From Callorhinchus milii (Eukaryota): a DNA stretch of 64,000 bases. The notes under the pieces were generated by a model that was not told the DNA's origin, ran no database searches, and saw only the letters and a program-made list of their open reading frames with translations. This document shows, piece by piece, positions 1 to 13,540 of this stretch. Every line of letters begins with the position of its first letter. The first letter of the stretch is position 1. The translations under genes and the position numbers were made by a program. The stretch lies in contig NW_024704742.1 in NCBI RefSeq assembly GCF_018977255.1, positions 45,138,001 to 45,202,000 on the forward strand, read 5' to 3'.

Positions 1-129
1 TATCCCCCACCTCGCTGTCCTCCACCCCACCTGATCCAACCAGCTCAGGTGTGGATCCCTGATTGTTCAGCGCCTTGGGACGTCCTCCTGACGTGAAAAC
101 CTATACTAATATCATTTGTTGTTGTTCTG

Positions 130-1060
130 TAGTGTTCTCCATTTCTACTTTGTAATGACTGCTGCATGAAAGAAACATGTCAGTTTAAAAAGTTGGAAAG
201 ATTGCCAAGTACTCAAAGGTTCTCATGTTCAGTGTGCTTGAAGTGTTTCAGTTTTGTGAATGCATCAAATTGGCACCCAGTTTTTAAAACGACACAGAGA
301 ATTTGCGTCATTTTATTTTCAAACACAACACCCAGGTAAATCAAAACCAATTTTGATCATATTACCCCAATTAAAGATTAAATGGATTACACCTGTCAAA
401 CTTTGGTGTTAATGAGGCGCAAACGCTAGATTAAGAGAATCTGTGCATTGGGCTTCTTGATCTAACATTTATCTTCCTGCTTAGACTTTGCCAAAAATTG
501 TTGCTATGCTCTGGGTTCCAGCTCACACTTAGTAAATGCTATGTTTTGCAGCTGCTATGCTTTTTTTCATCAGTTTTTGCTGACCATGAATAGGTACTAA
601 CCCACAGCGCCTTCAATATAATCTGTTTTTGGACATTTGGGTATCTATGGAATAATTATGGAGGAAATACGTCCATGCCTCATTGCACATCTGCTGAGTG
701 CCATGCTGTAATTTAAATACAGTACAAGAAAAAAGGGAGTATTTCTACCCAAAATAATGCATGGCAAAATGTCAACACAATTGGAAATTAAAGTGAATAT
801 GTAGGATTACTTTGAATCAAAGCTTCCTTTTGAGTTGAAATTGTTTTTGCCATTGATAAATACAGTATAACATTTTGTTTGTCACCTACTGAATGATAAA
901 CTTCAATTATGAAATGGATATTTTGAGAGAAATCATAATTTCAAGGAGATAAAAGTGAAAAACATCAGCACTGTTCTTGATGAATGTGAATGTTTGAATT
1001 TCCGATGAGAAGCAAACAGAAAAGCAAATCCCTTTAAGATTAATAGATATTGCCCAATGA
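130..1060 (+). pseudogene. Tyrosinase-family relic A (C-terminal half: linker, CuB, lumenal tail, cytoplasmic motif)
   Basis: Ordered motifs: LCN (148) then LERLPSTQ with RLPS at 199-210 in the same frame, like TYR PRLPSS / TYRP1 VQRLPEPQ. FHQFLLTMN (565-591) resembles MHNALHIYMN. LFVT...FNYEM...RE (875-930) resembles TYRP1 MFVT...YTYEI...RE. EKQIPL (1019-1036) resembles TYR EKQPLL. Contains stops and frameshifts. Confidence 0.6.
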
Positions 1061-1639
1061 GAAAATATGTGATGCATGTTTTGGTACATTGCTAGAAATT
1101 CCTTTCCAATAAGGGAATTAAAAGCATGAGATCTTCTATACATTTTAGTCTAGATTTATTCTATTTTCTTATCATTTCAGAGCAGAGAGTTTGGCAAATT
1201 GTGGAATTCAGTTTTAACTTTGAAGGTGGTTTTCTGTAACTACATTAAATGTTGCAACAAAATGCATTGAAAGAACTTGCAGAAAACTGGCTTCAAAGTC
1301 AAGCTAATATTTAGGATTTTGCCAAATTCTGCATGCTCTAAATACAAAGAAATGCAGCAAATCTAGATCCAGGTGACATTTTTACCTCTAAGTGAGTAAC
1401 TGCAAAATGATAGATTATTTTTGAAACGGGCCACAGAGCTTCACTTTATTTTTGCTGCGATATCCCAGTTTTCCCTCAATTGCTCTGAGATTAGGAGCAA
1501 CGTCATAGCAAGTTTTGTCTTGGCAATGTTTTATCTTGTGATTATTTTCATCGTTCAGAAAATTAAATGAATCATGAAGAAAAGATGGCAGTGCAAATTG
1601 TACAATGACCATTCAATTGAATAATACTCTGTTGGAAAT

Positions 1640-1740
1640 AAAAACAAAGAGAGCTGGGAAAACTCAGCAGGTCAGGCAGCATCTATGGAGAAAGGAAAGT
1701 GAGTCAATGTTTCGGGTCCACGACCCTTCGTCGGAACTCC
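1640..1740. mobile_element. Short terminal fragment of the same Penelope-like repeat
   Basis: Near-identical to 53805-53895. Confidence 0.7.
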
Positions 1741-2741
1741 AATGCTCTGTCAGATCCATGCTGTTTCTTATCCCATACTTTGTTGTGTCTGTCTGTGGAC
1801 GCTATAGCTTCCAAAGAATTATCACCAGTGAATTCAGTTGATGGTTCACTTCCAACATTAGTATTGACACATGTAATCTTAAAAAATTGGTGATGTGATC
1901 TATGCTCTCTTGTGAGCTGTGAGCTTGGTGCTAATATTGATGTCATATATTATGTTATGATTACAGGGGTGAAATTTGTAGCATTTCACAATGCATGCGA
2001 TATCACGTCAAATATGGAAATTGAAATCATTGCCAAATCATCGCTGAGTACTACAGTTGTGCGATGCATCACACTTGGCATCAGTGCTTGACCTGATGCA
2101 ATTAGAATAAATAACAATTGCTCATGAAGCCAATGCAAAATTCAGTAATGTGGGCTGTGGTATTAATTATTAATTTATGACAAGATTGTTGACCACCATC
2201 CTTATTAAGAAAGAATAGGTTTTGCCCCCAGGCCATGTGCGATTTGTTAAATTCTGATAACAGCAATTAGAATAGTGGTGTTTCTCAAGTATTTTCTAGT
2301 TTTATGAGTATTCTTGTAAGCTGCATGCCTGAGTGCAGACTTTCCTAAGGGAGAGTACTGTAAAATTCTGGAAAATAATGCCTATGATTCACTATCCATG
2401 ATCCCAAAGAACATTCTTACAGCATTCGGAATGCGTGTAGAGACAAGACTTTGATTTTGGTTACATTGGTTTGTATTGTAGCTAGGGACCTTAGGCATAC
2501 TGGTTCTGCATAGACTAACACAAACAAACAAACCGTAAACAATACCCTATGCACACTCGGCAAACAAGTCCCAAAGCTAGTAAACTTGAGAATGCTCGTT
2601 CAGGCTTGTCTCAAGAAACTACAGTACCAATTCCCTAGATCTAACAATCCTGGAATCTATTGTGAATGCACAAGTTGTATTCTTTACCTGAGCTTGAAGG
2701 CTAATCTCCAAAACAGTACACGTCAATGTCACAAATGATGT

Positions 2742-2769
<28 letters not shown>
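2742..2769. repeat. (CT)n microsatellite
   Basis: Directly visible in the sequence. Confidence 0.95.
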
Positions 2770-2772
<3 letters not shown>

Positions 2773-2949
2773 CACTGTGACCAGGGCTCCCTCTGCCTCC
2801 TTGTTTTCCGGAACTTCTCCATTGCCTTCAACGCAGTCGATCATGCCATCGTCCTCCACACCTCTTCTCCCTTATCCACACTTGTCGGACTTCATTCTGC
2901 TGGTTCGGGTCATTAACTTAACCAACCGCCATCTCTTTGTCTCCCTAGC

Positions 2950-3390
2950 TGGATTTTTTTTTCCTGCCCCTGCCCGGGCTCCTGTGGGTACCCGAAGATG
3001 CCATCCTTGGCCCCTTCTTTTTCTTATTTGCATGCTGCCTCTTGATGATATCATCTGCAATCATGAGGGGCAACTTCCACATGTATGAGAATAACACTCA
3101 AATCCACTTTTCATCCTCCAGCTGCAACTCCATGTTCACTGATATTCTGATCGGTTGCATGTTAGATACCAAAGACCGGATGAGTGCAAATTTTCTGTGA
3201 CTAAATGTTGACAAGATGGAAGCCATACTCCTTGACTCCGGTCAACATCTTCTTTCCTATGGCTCTGACTCCTTAACCTCCCCAGCCTTACTGAACATGT
3301 GCGTAACTGAGGCATTAGGTTCAATCCCCAAGTATCCTTCTTACGCCACATCCGGGGCATGACCAAGATAGCTTTCACCCTTCTCTTTCA
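2950..3390 (+). mobile_element. Old degraded L2 RT fragment
   Basis: GTRRC/PWPLLFLICMLPLDDII ~ [24 protein letters not shown], followed by decayed RT sequence. Confidence 0.7.
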
Positions 3391-3519
3391 AAAAAATACC
3401 ATGGAATCTTGAACATCCACTAGAACAGGCAAACATTGCCTGTTTACTATCTCATCCTATGGACAGCACTTACACCTACAACTATACAGCGCACCATATT
3501 GGAGTGCCAGCCTAGTTTT

Positions 3520-3887
3520 GGAGTCCTGCAGTATAATGGTTAGAGCACTCACCTCGCAAGCGAGAGGACCTGGATTCGATTTCTGGGCAGGACAAAACAT
3601 TGGCCAAGTTTCCTTACTCCACACACCTCTGTTTACCTAGCAGTAAGTAGAAATCCGGTTGTTAGTTGATTGGAGGATTGCTTTTCTGGGGGTAATAATC
3701 CCTTAAAAAAAATCAATAATAATTTGGTCTCTCAATCCACGACTGTTTGTGGGACACTGCTTTGCGTAATTGGCTGCTGCGTTTCACCAACAAAATATAC
3801 AGTCAATTGACTTTACAAAATATTTTTTGAAGTGCTTTGAGAAGACATGATAAGGCGCTGTATCAAATGCAAGGATTATTATTATTT
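3520..3887 (+). mobile_element. tRNA(Ala-like)-derived SINE, long form
   Basis: tRNA-like head with A/B boxes (ggagtcctg..tggttagagc..ggattcgat), shared body and (ATT)n tail. Confidence 0.85.
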
Positions 3888-5559
3888 ATGACTTACTTTA
3901 ATTTATGAATTTAGGTTTTAGAAACCAAGTCATTACATTCCATTATGAGAACAAGTGTTTCTTTACATATTCGTTCCTTGTTGCTCTTCTCGTAAGCTTG
4001 CTTTTGACATAAACATTAAAATGGTTCAGTAAACTGATTTCTTCTCTGCATCGATAATAAAATAGAGAATCCAAGTGTCAATGTTTCTTTTTGTTTGATG
4101 GTGTTTGCTAATTCATGGTTGTGGATGAAATTCAAATCATCTGCGCGTCCAAATAATGATTTTTCTGGTTATCTACTTTCAATGTTAAGAGTAAAACAAT
4201 ATTTGGAATGAATGTTGTGCACAAATTTGTTGTGCCACATTTGCCTTCAAATACACAGTTGTTAATGTAAGATGCTGTGAAGTGTTTGAGGTGTCTTGAT
4301 GACATGATAAAGCACTATATCAAAATGCAAGGACTATCATTATTGCAATTTGTACACATTAAATTTATATTCTCAAATTCTAGGAAAGATAAGTAATAAG
4401 ATGAAAACAAAAGACTGAAACACATGTGGTGCTGCATTGGATAAAACATACACATTTACAAATCCTTAAGGCCAAAAGCAAATATTGAATAAACACAACC
4501 TCCTTTCCTGGTCTATGTTCTACACACTAATCTTAACTTCTTGGTTCAAAGACTAGATAATTGGATCTAATATGTGATAATTTTGAACAGGATGGCTTGA
4601 TAAGGAATTGAAGTGAGGATTGCTTTTGGAAACCAGAAGTATATAATGCTGACCAATAGGAGCTTGAAATGCAAGCTACATCAGAGCGTGGTGTGACTTA
4701 CTTTGGGTTTCCTTGTAAAGCGATTGATGCGTTTTAGATCACAAGGTCACAAGATTGGTTTGGATGAAGAAAGCCCTTCGGCCCATCCGATCCTATCCTT
4801 CTAATACACCCACCCTACCATATAGTAAATTAGCATCAACTGAAGAAATATAATATATTTCTATTTGGAGCTTTTGCTTTCAGGGCAAAGACGACAGCTG
4901 ACAGCTGTCAAAGTGGCAGTCTTTCTGCAAAAGACATTCAGTTCAGAATGGATGCTTCTTACAGATGTAATGTACCAACTAGAAATAACCCCAGGTTAGC
5001 TATCTCTGCAGATGTATTCGGAAATAAAAAAAAACACAACAGCCAGCTTGGAGGAACACAGCAGCACCAAATCAGTGCAGAAAATCACAACAGCTTGTTC
5101 AGAAGAACACAGCTTCAAGACAGTGCAGAGTTTGAAATGAATGAGCCCATGTACTGCAAGGCTATTCGTGTCTATCCTCTTACTAAATTATTTTGTGTAC
5201 ATACCACCATTGCAAGTGACAGACTAAATTTTAAGCTCTTCACTAGAATAATAAATTGCAGCCCTGTGTAATTTTCAGAAGAACTTTCAAACAGTGGGCA
5301 CAAATAATTTAGAACTAGGGGCCATACAACTGTAGAGAATAAAATACAACACATCTGATTGGTATTAGCAAATGAAACAGGATTTCATGTTTAATAAATT
5401 AAAATTGCCATCAATAATTTACATTACTTTTACAATGAATTTTCATTTTACATTTGGTCAAAGTTGGTTTGATAGGTTCAGCAATTCCATTGAAATTCTA
5501 ACTGCTGCTTTGATGGTCTATTTAACTGTAAAGCCATTGCATGACAGGATACCTTGTTT

Positions 5560-7100
5560 TATTCAAAGAATATTACTGTTGATTTGGATGTATTTCTGAA
5601 TTGTCCTACAGGCCACATTCATTGCAACATGGCATTCAAGTGGACCAGCCTGTTACACTGAGACTCATGAATTTACTGTGATTTCTAGGGAAAAAGCTTG
5701 CTTGTGGCTCAGAGTGGTAAGCAGATTGACGAGGAAACCAACCTTCTTTGGCACCTGTGCCCAGCCAACTTGCCTAACAAGATGGAATGGGAACACCTGC
5801 CAGATGTGCCTAATGTTTCCCTGATCACCTGTCGTTCCATAGTAGACCCTGGAACTTGGATGGGTCAATGTATGCATGGAACTGCAAATAATTTTGCCAC
5901 AGATATGAGATCCTCCATCAGTTCAACAAGACACAGTCACTAACGTCTTGGGGCTTGTTGTGTTGTCCCTTTTGTGCATTCTCTTCACTAAGTTTGACTT
6001 CTGCTTGGCTATACTAACTAGCTCTTGGAGTGATTCAGTAGAACTGAATTTCGTAAAGTTTAAAAATTGAACCGCAAACAGACAGTTCTGAGTTCCAGTT
6101 CTTGTCCATAAATATAAACTCTAGATGGTCTTAGCATTACCAACTAAAGAAATTGATGCACAACATTTTTGGCTTGCATCGCTTCATTGAGAGTAAGATT
6201 TGTTGGATTTGTCAGCCACATCAGTGGTCTCCTCAGCCAAAAAGTAATATTTTAATCAGTCTGCAGGTTACTGGCCTAGTTTGATCAATAAAAAATTCCA
6301 TTTCTGCCACAAATAACATAAAATGTAGCCGTCCTCAACAGATGAATGCTGCAACATTAATATCTAATAAAACAATACGTTAGAACTTGATATAGAGTTT
6401 AAAATGTATAAAATGAAAAGTTAATTTTCATAATATTTTAGAAAAATAGTGATGCTGGCAGCTGTAAAGGACACAACCACTTACCTGAGGGGATGTGCAT
6501 GACAGTTTCTACTAGCAAATAAGAATCTATTATTGACCTGCGTTCGATTCTCGGCGGGGTGAAACCTTGGGCAAGTTTCCTTACTCTACATGCTTGATAA
6601 TAATCCCTCAAGAATAAAAAACAATAACAATTTGGTCACTCAATCCATGACTGTTTGTGGGACAATGCTGTGAGCAATTGGCTGCTGCGTTTCACCCACA
6701 AATATACAGTCAATTTGCTTTACAGTATATTCTGTCAAGCGCTTTGAGACGTCTAGAAGAAGTGAAAAGTGCTATATCAAATGCAACGATTCTTCTTATT
6801 ATTATCTCCACCAACTTTAACCTATAAAGTGATGCAGTGTTAATTCATCCATACTTGTAGTGTTCTTTAACTTGACATTCGAGACTCTATCCTGAAGGGA
6901 GCCAAGTAAATGCAAGTTGTTGTTGCTCCTTCCCTGGTGCAATGAACTAGCTGATGCAGGTTGGAGCAGTGCTGGGCGAACTTCAATCGGCCTCCATGTT
7001 CCTAAATTCAAAATCATTGAGTGTCCTCACGGCTGATTATTCCGCAGTGACTCCAGCCAGAAAGTGTACATGTTTGGCATTTGTAAAGCCAGGAACTGAG
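5560..7100 (+). pseudogene. Tyrosinase-family relic C (interrupted by SINE at ~6535-6803)
   Basis: VDPGTWMGQCMHGTANNFA (~5842-5898) ~ DCT [31 protein letters not shown] (~6159) ~ CuA YNYFVWxHYY. AVLGELQSASMFLNS (~6966-7010) ~ TYRP1 AVRSLHNLAHLFLNG. Confidence 0.52.
6535..6803 (+). mobile_element. tRNA-derived SINE, short form, 5'-truncated
   Basis: B box onward, shared body and tail. Confidence 0.82.
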
Positions 7101-7399
7101 ATCAATAGTGATTCCACCCCCCCCCCCCCCCCCCCCCCACACACACACAGTGGAAATAGCCAGCTGACTCTCACTGCCCAAGCTCATCCATGGAAAATAG
7201 CTATTTGTGTGAGGCACTAAAGCACTGTTGGAACCATAGATGTATAAGAGTCACTGCCTTCGGGGAAGTGGTGTGTGAGAGTGAAGGTTGGAAAGAGGGC
7301 AGGAAAAAAATTGGTGAGTTTTGCTAATGTGGATATTAAAGAAGACTTTGCGCACACTTGGAACAAATATTCGATGATTAGTAGCAGGAATCGCTGACA

Positions 7400-8110
7400 G
7401 CGACTCTTGTTGGTAACTGGACGTATATCACATTGGAGCAGAATTTCCGCAGGTCAGTGGGACGTAATTCTATTTTTTGGCAAAGTTTTTATTTGTGGCT
7501 AGATTACTGCCTCCTGTTATGGATTGATGCACATTACAATTTGGTGATATGCCAGTACTATTTATTCCTGAATAAAGCATTACCAGACCTCACCGGAGGC
7601 TTTGATTTCCTGCTCGCAAAAGTTGAGTTGTCATTTTTTCAAACTGTGAAAGATATTTAAATATGCCCCACTCTCCTCTGTATATAATTAGAATTTTATC
7701 TTGTGCTGTGCTTTAGATCTTTAAAGTTTGACAATAGTGACTCATGTCTTGGCAGCCTTCTATTGCTGTATGTTGTGTATTGAAGTTTAAAAAATGCATC
7801 CTTTATTTTTCTGCACAGCGTGTGACTAATATGAAAAGTACCAATCCTCCAATGCATGGATTCCACTTTACTAATCAACTTGTTGTACTTAACTCCCCAC
7901 TATTGGCAAGTCAACGTTGAATGAACATAAATGGAGTTTGTTCAACATTTTAATAATTGCATATGCCTATAAAGTACTTTTTACAACTGACAGTCCAAAC
8001 ATATGCTACCAGGTACTGATGTAATCCAGGTATTTATCTCAGGACCACTGCATCAACTCTTTTGTGAGAGATACATTTAAATACTGACTGATATATTCAC
8101 ATTAAAATGG
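7400..8110 (+). pseudogene. Tyrosinase-family relic D (CuA to CuB)
   Basis: ORF 7433-7660 contains FYLWLDYC ~ FFVWLHYY, IDAH ~ IDFAH, and LFL...LTGGFDF ~ LFL...LTGDENF. Downstream, KVPILQCMDSTL...YLTPHYWQ (~7835) ~ DCT KLPTLKDIRDCL...FDNPPFFQ, and SFVRDTFKY*L (~8058) ~ AFVDSIFEQWL. Confidence 0.65.
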
Positions 8111-8189
8111 CACAAGACTAAATATAGCAGCTACTTAACACTAATCGTTTACAATAAATGTGTTAAAATAGTAAATTACTGCCATTATA

Positions 8190-8600
8190 CAATAATAATC
8201 CTTGCATTTGATATAATCGGCCTATCACCTCACCGAGACAGCTTAAAGTGATTGCAGTATATACTGTAAAATGAATTGATTAAGTATTTTGTCAGTGAAA
8301 CATGGCTGCCAGTTTGCACACAGCAATGTCCCACAAACAGCCATGGAGTGAGTGACCAATTTTATTTGTGGGATTGTTAGCTGGGACACCAGGAGAAACT
8401 GCCTTCTCTTTTGAATAGCGCCTTAGGATCTTTAACGGACCTTAGTTATCATCTCATCCAAAGGACAGAACCTATCACAATGCAACACACCCCTAGCACT
8501 GCATTGGAGTGTCAGTTTAGACAATGTGATTCCAAGTCCGGACGTGGGGCTTCAAGCCGCAAACTTCTGACTCAGAGGCAAGAGCCCTGCTACTGAGCCA
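8190..8600 (-). mobile_element. Older Deu-like SINE
   Basis: Reverse-complement similarity to 31492-31910. Confidence 0.7.
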
Positions 8601-9249
8601 ATGCACCAAATTGAGGACAGAATATTATAAACAACAGAGGATCAGTTTTCTGTAATAAGTGGAGCACAATAACAGACACTGAACTCACTTCTGCCTTGGG
8701 CAATACTACATAGTATTCTACACATCATTAATTTTGCAAGGCATCTGGGACAAAGTATAAATATTCAAATAATATAACTAAATACCTCCATGTTCTGCAA
8801 AACATATTCATTTTCTAAATCAGTACAAATGTATGTATTTTAGAGTAATACTGCAAATTTCAATTCTAATTTACTCTTCACATTGTATAAAGTAAGAAAA
8901 CACATTGACAAGTGTCATTGATTATAATTAGGCTATTGACTTATTCACTGACAATGATGCATGCACCTATTTTCTGTCGTAATGTTCTGGCACTTGACTT
9001 TTATCTATGAAAATGTATTTGAGTAGAAGAAAGAAAATTGATCTCAAATTTAAGATGGGGGGAGGGGGACACGTAAAGCACTATGTAATCACACAGAGGA
9101 GTCATACAGAATGGTATCAGTACAGTATTGGAAGGAAAGACAAATACAAACACACAAAGGTAGTTAGAGAGAGGTCTATGTGCACAAACAAACACCTAAT
9201 ATCCATTGTTTTTGTTATGTCCACAATGGGTGTTAATTAGTGCAAATAT

Positions 9250-9660
9250 TGGGCTTTCTATTGAAAGGTAAATCAGGACTCTCTGTTTTAATAGGCTCTA
9301 AACTCACAGAATATGTCATTGAATGTTTTATGCACAAGTTGACAGCAGGTAAAACAATGTAGTCTATCATTAGTAAACAAGAAGGTATTTTAGGAACAAC
9401 ATTCTGGCTGTGATGGAAATTATTAACAGGTAAAGTGGCAAACCAATCTCAATGCAGAAGCTAGTTGATTTTGTTAATTTAATGATATAACGTTTAAGGC
9501 CAGGCAATGCCTTTCGTTCTGAGTATTTTGCACACTGAAATTTTATTCTTGATGCGTGAATATACATAGGAATCATGACATTATTAACCCATTCTCCACA
9601 ATGCATATTACAGAGAGAGAGCAAAGGGAGATGTGAGTTTGAACTTGTATAGTTTCGGCT
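9250..9660 (+). pseudogene. Tyrosinase-family relic E (Cys-rich region to CuA, weak)
   Basis: LCFNRL ~ LRFFNRT, SLSLVNKKVF ~ SLSPQEREQF, FNDI ~ TYR FNDI, and ILQREQREM ~ LLRWEQEIQ. The motifs are in order but spread over several frames. Confidence 0.42.
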
Positions 9661-11249
9661 GGCACTCCAAAGCAGGTCTTGGGACACCCTGCATTGTTGG
9701 TGGTGCTGTCCTTTGGATGAGACACTAAACCAAGGTTCTGTCTATCTGTTCAGATGGACATTAAAGATCACATGAAACTATCCAAAAAGAAAAGAGAGGT
9801 TTTTCTCAGTGTCCTGGACAACAGTCTGCCAGATCAAATTTGTTTTTCACTTCATGGCTGCCTTGGGACATTGATGTGCCCAAATTGGTGGCCATGTTTG
9901 CCAACAGAATTTACACTCACTTCACAATGAATTCTGTGAAATACTGTACTTTGAGACATCCCTCAGATGGGGAAGCCACTATAACAAATACAACGATTAT
10001 TATTCTATTAATATTATGTATGGGATGTGATAATTACCATTGGAATTAACTCCAACATTGTTTGATTGATAGTCCTGATGACTGGACAAACAGCCCTTTC
10101 CCCAATTTTGTGAAATTTGGGTAGCCATTAAATGTGCTATCCCAAGAATCATGAGAATTCTGTATTGGTTTACAGAATATTGATTTAAATCAACTCCTAA
10201 TGTTTATCTTCAGCCCAATCAGCACTAGGAGCAGACAATGTGATGACCAGACATGGAATTGGATAGGTACTTACAAAGAAAAAATATGCAGAGCTATGGG
10301 GTAAGAGTGAGGTTGTGGATCTAGTTGATAGTTCTTTCAAAGAGTCGTCACGATGTGCCAAGTGGTCTCCTTCTGTGCTGTGCTGTAAGATTCTATGAAG
10401 ACAATTATCACAAAGTATAACAAACAACAACAGTAACATGCAATTATAGAACACCTTTCGAATAGATTATAGGTCCTCAGCGTGTCGAACATTACCATCA
10501 CCGACAAAGCCACCTCGGACCATTACTTCATCTCCTTTAACTGCTCCACCCCTCTCCGCGCCACCCAACCCACTTCCATCAACTACCGCTCCTGATGACA
10601 GTGCAGCCAGCTTCTCCCTGGAGGGACTCATCCTGCTTCCCCATTTCTGGAAAGTGTTAGGTGCAGGTTAGCAGGAGTCAATGTTTGATACCCCACAGTG
10701 CCTGACCCTAGTGACTGCTCTGCCTTTTCATGGTCCTATTGATGAGCAAGGCCGGCTGTGCTGCCATCAGCAATGCCATGGAATACAGCAGACCTGCCTG
10801 GTTTAGAAACTGGACTAGCAAGACTGCCACAGTAGGTGGGCTGACATTTCATTGTTAAACATGTCACCTTGGAACCGGTTCAGCTCCAAGGAGATTCCTC
10901 TTACCTTTCCCTCAAAACTCCACAATCCTGAGAGCCAGTGAATTCAACATTTTGAATGTTTCAACATTTTGAAAACTCAACCATTAAACATGACACATGT
11001 GGAAACTCATTACCATGCTGAACAATATCGAAACTAGACTTGGAATTCCACATATGTTTGCCACTTACTCATGGAAATTTCCCTGTGTCTGGAATGAAAT
11101 GAGCACTATTATGGAGAGATACAATCTGTTTATCCAACTCCAGAGAGTATTAGGTGGAGGTTGGCAGGAACCAAGGTTTGGAATCTCAGAGTGCTTGTTG
11201 ACGTCCTCCCGACATGCTCTATAAATGTAATATTGTTGTTGTTGTTGTT

Positions 11250-12950
11250 AAGGTATGAATTGAGGCCAACTAAAACCACAAAGTTTGCTGTTGTCTGGCA
11301 AGCTTCTGTGTTGCTTGGAATACCTTACCTGTTAAAGCTTTGTCTTGCACGGATGTAGGAGCTAATTGGGTAGAATCTCTGCCCCCAATGACCGATCTGC
11401 CCTTCCATGTCTTGTCAATGAACCAGGCTGGCTGATCTATCATCATCAGTGCCCTGGAGTATTGCAGGCCCGCTTGGCTCAGGAATCAACTACTGAGACT
11501 GCCGCAGAGGATTGACTTAATTCCAACATTCTGTTGCCTAGTATGTCATCTTGGATGCAGTTCAAAATAAACCCACTTATGACTTTTGCCACCTCTCCCC
11601 CCACCCCCTCCCCCCCAATTGGAGGGTGGATCGCTTCATTCAGGGTCCAACTACTAGTATTTTCTTGGACATTGAGATGATCAGTTCTATTTTGTTCATA
11701 TACAGCCCTATATTGGGCTCCAGATATTTTGTTTGCTTAATATTACTTTGTCAGGTTTTATCTGACTAGGCAAACCAAAATGCCCCTCTCCTAGTCCAAA
11801 ATGAACTTCACCTATCATCCCATAGGCTTACAGTTCAGCCTTCTCAATCTGTAAAAGTTAATTTTTTGATCTAGGAATATGGGGTTTCGACTGTCCTATG
11901 TAAATAAACTTCAGAAACTAATATTAAGCAAAACGAAGCAGATACCAATGTAGGGACAAAAAGTTACTAAAATAACAAGGTCTGAGAAAATGGTAGTGTG
12001 ACCATGAGGGGAGGAAATCACTTGCTTGATAAGGGGCACCACCTGCTGGTGGTCCTAATCAAGTTCCTAGAAATGATTTGGGAGCCCATTTAGGAATCCC
12101 ACAAATTTATTTGTTATTTTTATACAATGCTGTATGCTGCTGAAATATCCCCATAAATGCTTGACTCCATTCTTGCATCAAAAAAAACTTGATTTGGCCA
12201 CAAGGTCACCCCCTATTAGTTTAATGTTGTATTTTGTTCATCTTAATAATGATGCTGGTGAAGGAAGTATGATTCAGCTTGACCAGGTTTGTAAAAATCA
12301 AACTGGCTCCATGTTGCTTTGTTATTGTGACGTGAGTGTGTTCACAGGGGACAGGAACTTCCTTCTGAAAGCATTGTCTGACTGCAAATCTTGTTGCAAA
12401 GGTATTATCTATTTCTTTATGTCAAACAAAATAAATACTTCAAAGGTTCAAAATACTCCCAGCTTTGCTCAGTTCTCACAGAGCATATTTGTAATAGCAA
12501 TGTTCTGGTCTCAGATGTATTATTGTCATTAGCTAAGAACAAGGTACAAGACACAACAGTGACAGCCTTGAGTTTAAAATTCACAACTTAGCCACATGAA
12601 GTTTCTGTTGCCAGAAGCCACTGTTCAGTTCAGTGCATATTAGTAAATGACCTTTTGGCCATCTACAATTATATTCCGAGTTTGGACTCTAAAAAAAATG
12701 TATAGCTTTGTGCATTTATGTGAAAACAATCTCTGTTTTATCGGGTTCATTTACTGATTTCTAACATATGACTAAAATGTTTTTCACAGTAATGGGCAAA
12801 GGCTTTCTTGCTGTGAGAACACCACTAGCTGCAGGCAGCTGAGAGTAACTGGAGGCAAGAGCCCAATCATTTCCCTTCTATAGCTCATTGCAACGAATTT
12901 AGAAACAATCAGAATTGCTGCTTAGAAATGTCACATTGTTAAACTGTAAC
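11250..12950 (+). pseudogene. Tyrosinase-family relic F (possibly two overlapping partial copies)
   Basis: KVCC (~11280) and CTDVGAN (~11347) ~ DCT KECC / CTEVRAD. CRPAW (~11463) ~ TYRP1 CRPGW. ORF 12134-12532 contains LDLATRSPP, ISLMLYFVHLN (12215) ~ ISIYNYFVWTH, and LLC...TGDRNF (12344-12361) ~ TGDENF. Confidence 0.66.
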
Positions 12951-13327
12951 ACTCCTTTATATTTAATTATCTACATCATGAGTTCCTAATGTTTTTTGAA
13001 CCATTATACTGTGCTATCTGTTGCCAAGTCTTATTATTATTTTCCCCTAATATAACCAAGAATCTATTCCCAAGCATATTTCCCAGTTAGACTGTGCACA
13101 TACTCATCACTATCACACCCCATACCCCACACTATCTATAATATCTTTCCCCAATGTGCTGTATTCTGGTTCTTCAAGGAAAACATCCACCCTCTGTTTT
13201 CTCAACCGAATTACTATTTTTCATATCAATGTCAAAATCCTTTTTCCTCATAGGATAATATCTCAGAGCATTTCACAATGTCGGTGTTGGAGGTTGAGCA
13301 AGAAAGGAAGGGGAGGGAAGAGAGTAT

Positions 13328-13540
13328 AATATAATAATATTAATAATCCTTGCATTTGATATAGCGCTTTTCATGTCTTCTAGACGTCTCAAAGCGCTTC
13401 ACAGAATATACTGTAAAGTGAATTGACTGTATATTTGTGGGTGAAATGCGACAGCCAATTGCGAACAGCAGTGTCCCACAAACAGTCGTGGATTGAAATG
13501 ACCGATTTATTATTGTTTTCTTTTGGGGGATTATTATCTG
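13328..13540 (-). mobile_element. tRNA-derived SINE 3' half
   Basis: High identity to the 3' half of the 32255 copy. Confidence 0.85.

Larger units (their letters stand above)
1510..5340 (+). pseudogene. Tyrosinase-family relic B (near full length, split by L2/SINE/CR1 insertions)
   Basis: CLSVDAIASKELSP (1786) ~ DCT CMTVDSLVNKECCP. SW...NNDFSGY (4113-4172) has TYR/TYRP1 spacing. ALDKTYTFTNP (4434) ~ ALDMAKRTTHP. TQPPF (4493) ~ DCT TQPQF. Q*ELEMQ (4654) ~ RWEQEIQ. LFGA (4861) ~ DCT LFGA. SKWQSFCKR (4908-4934) ~ SSWQIVCSR. PRLAISADV (4990-5016) ~ PRLPSSADV. All motifs are in the correct order. Confidence 0.72.

Noticed and set aside
907..1143. Minus-strand ORF with SLIGKE/KGIC resembling a DCT N-terminus
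   Set aside because: The + strand of the same bases gives a longer ordered C-terminal match. This illustrates the false-positive risk of by-eye matching.
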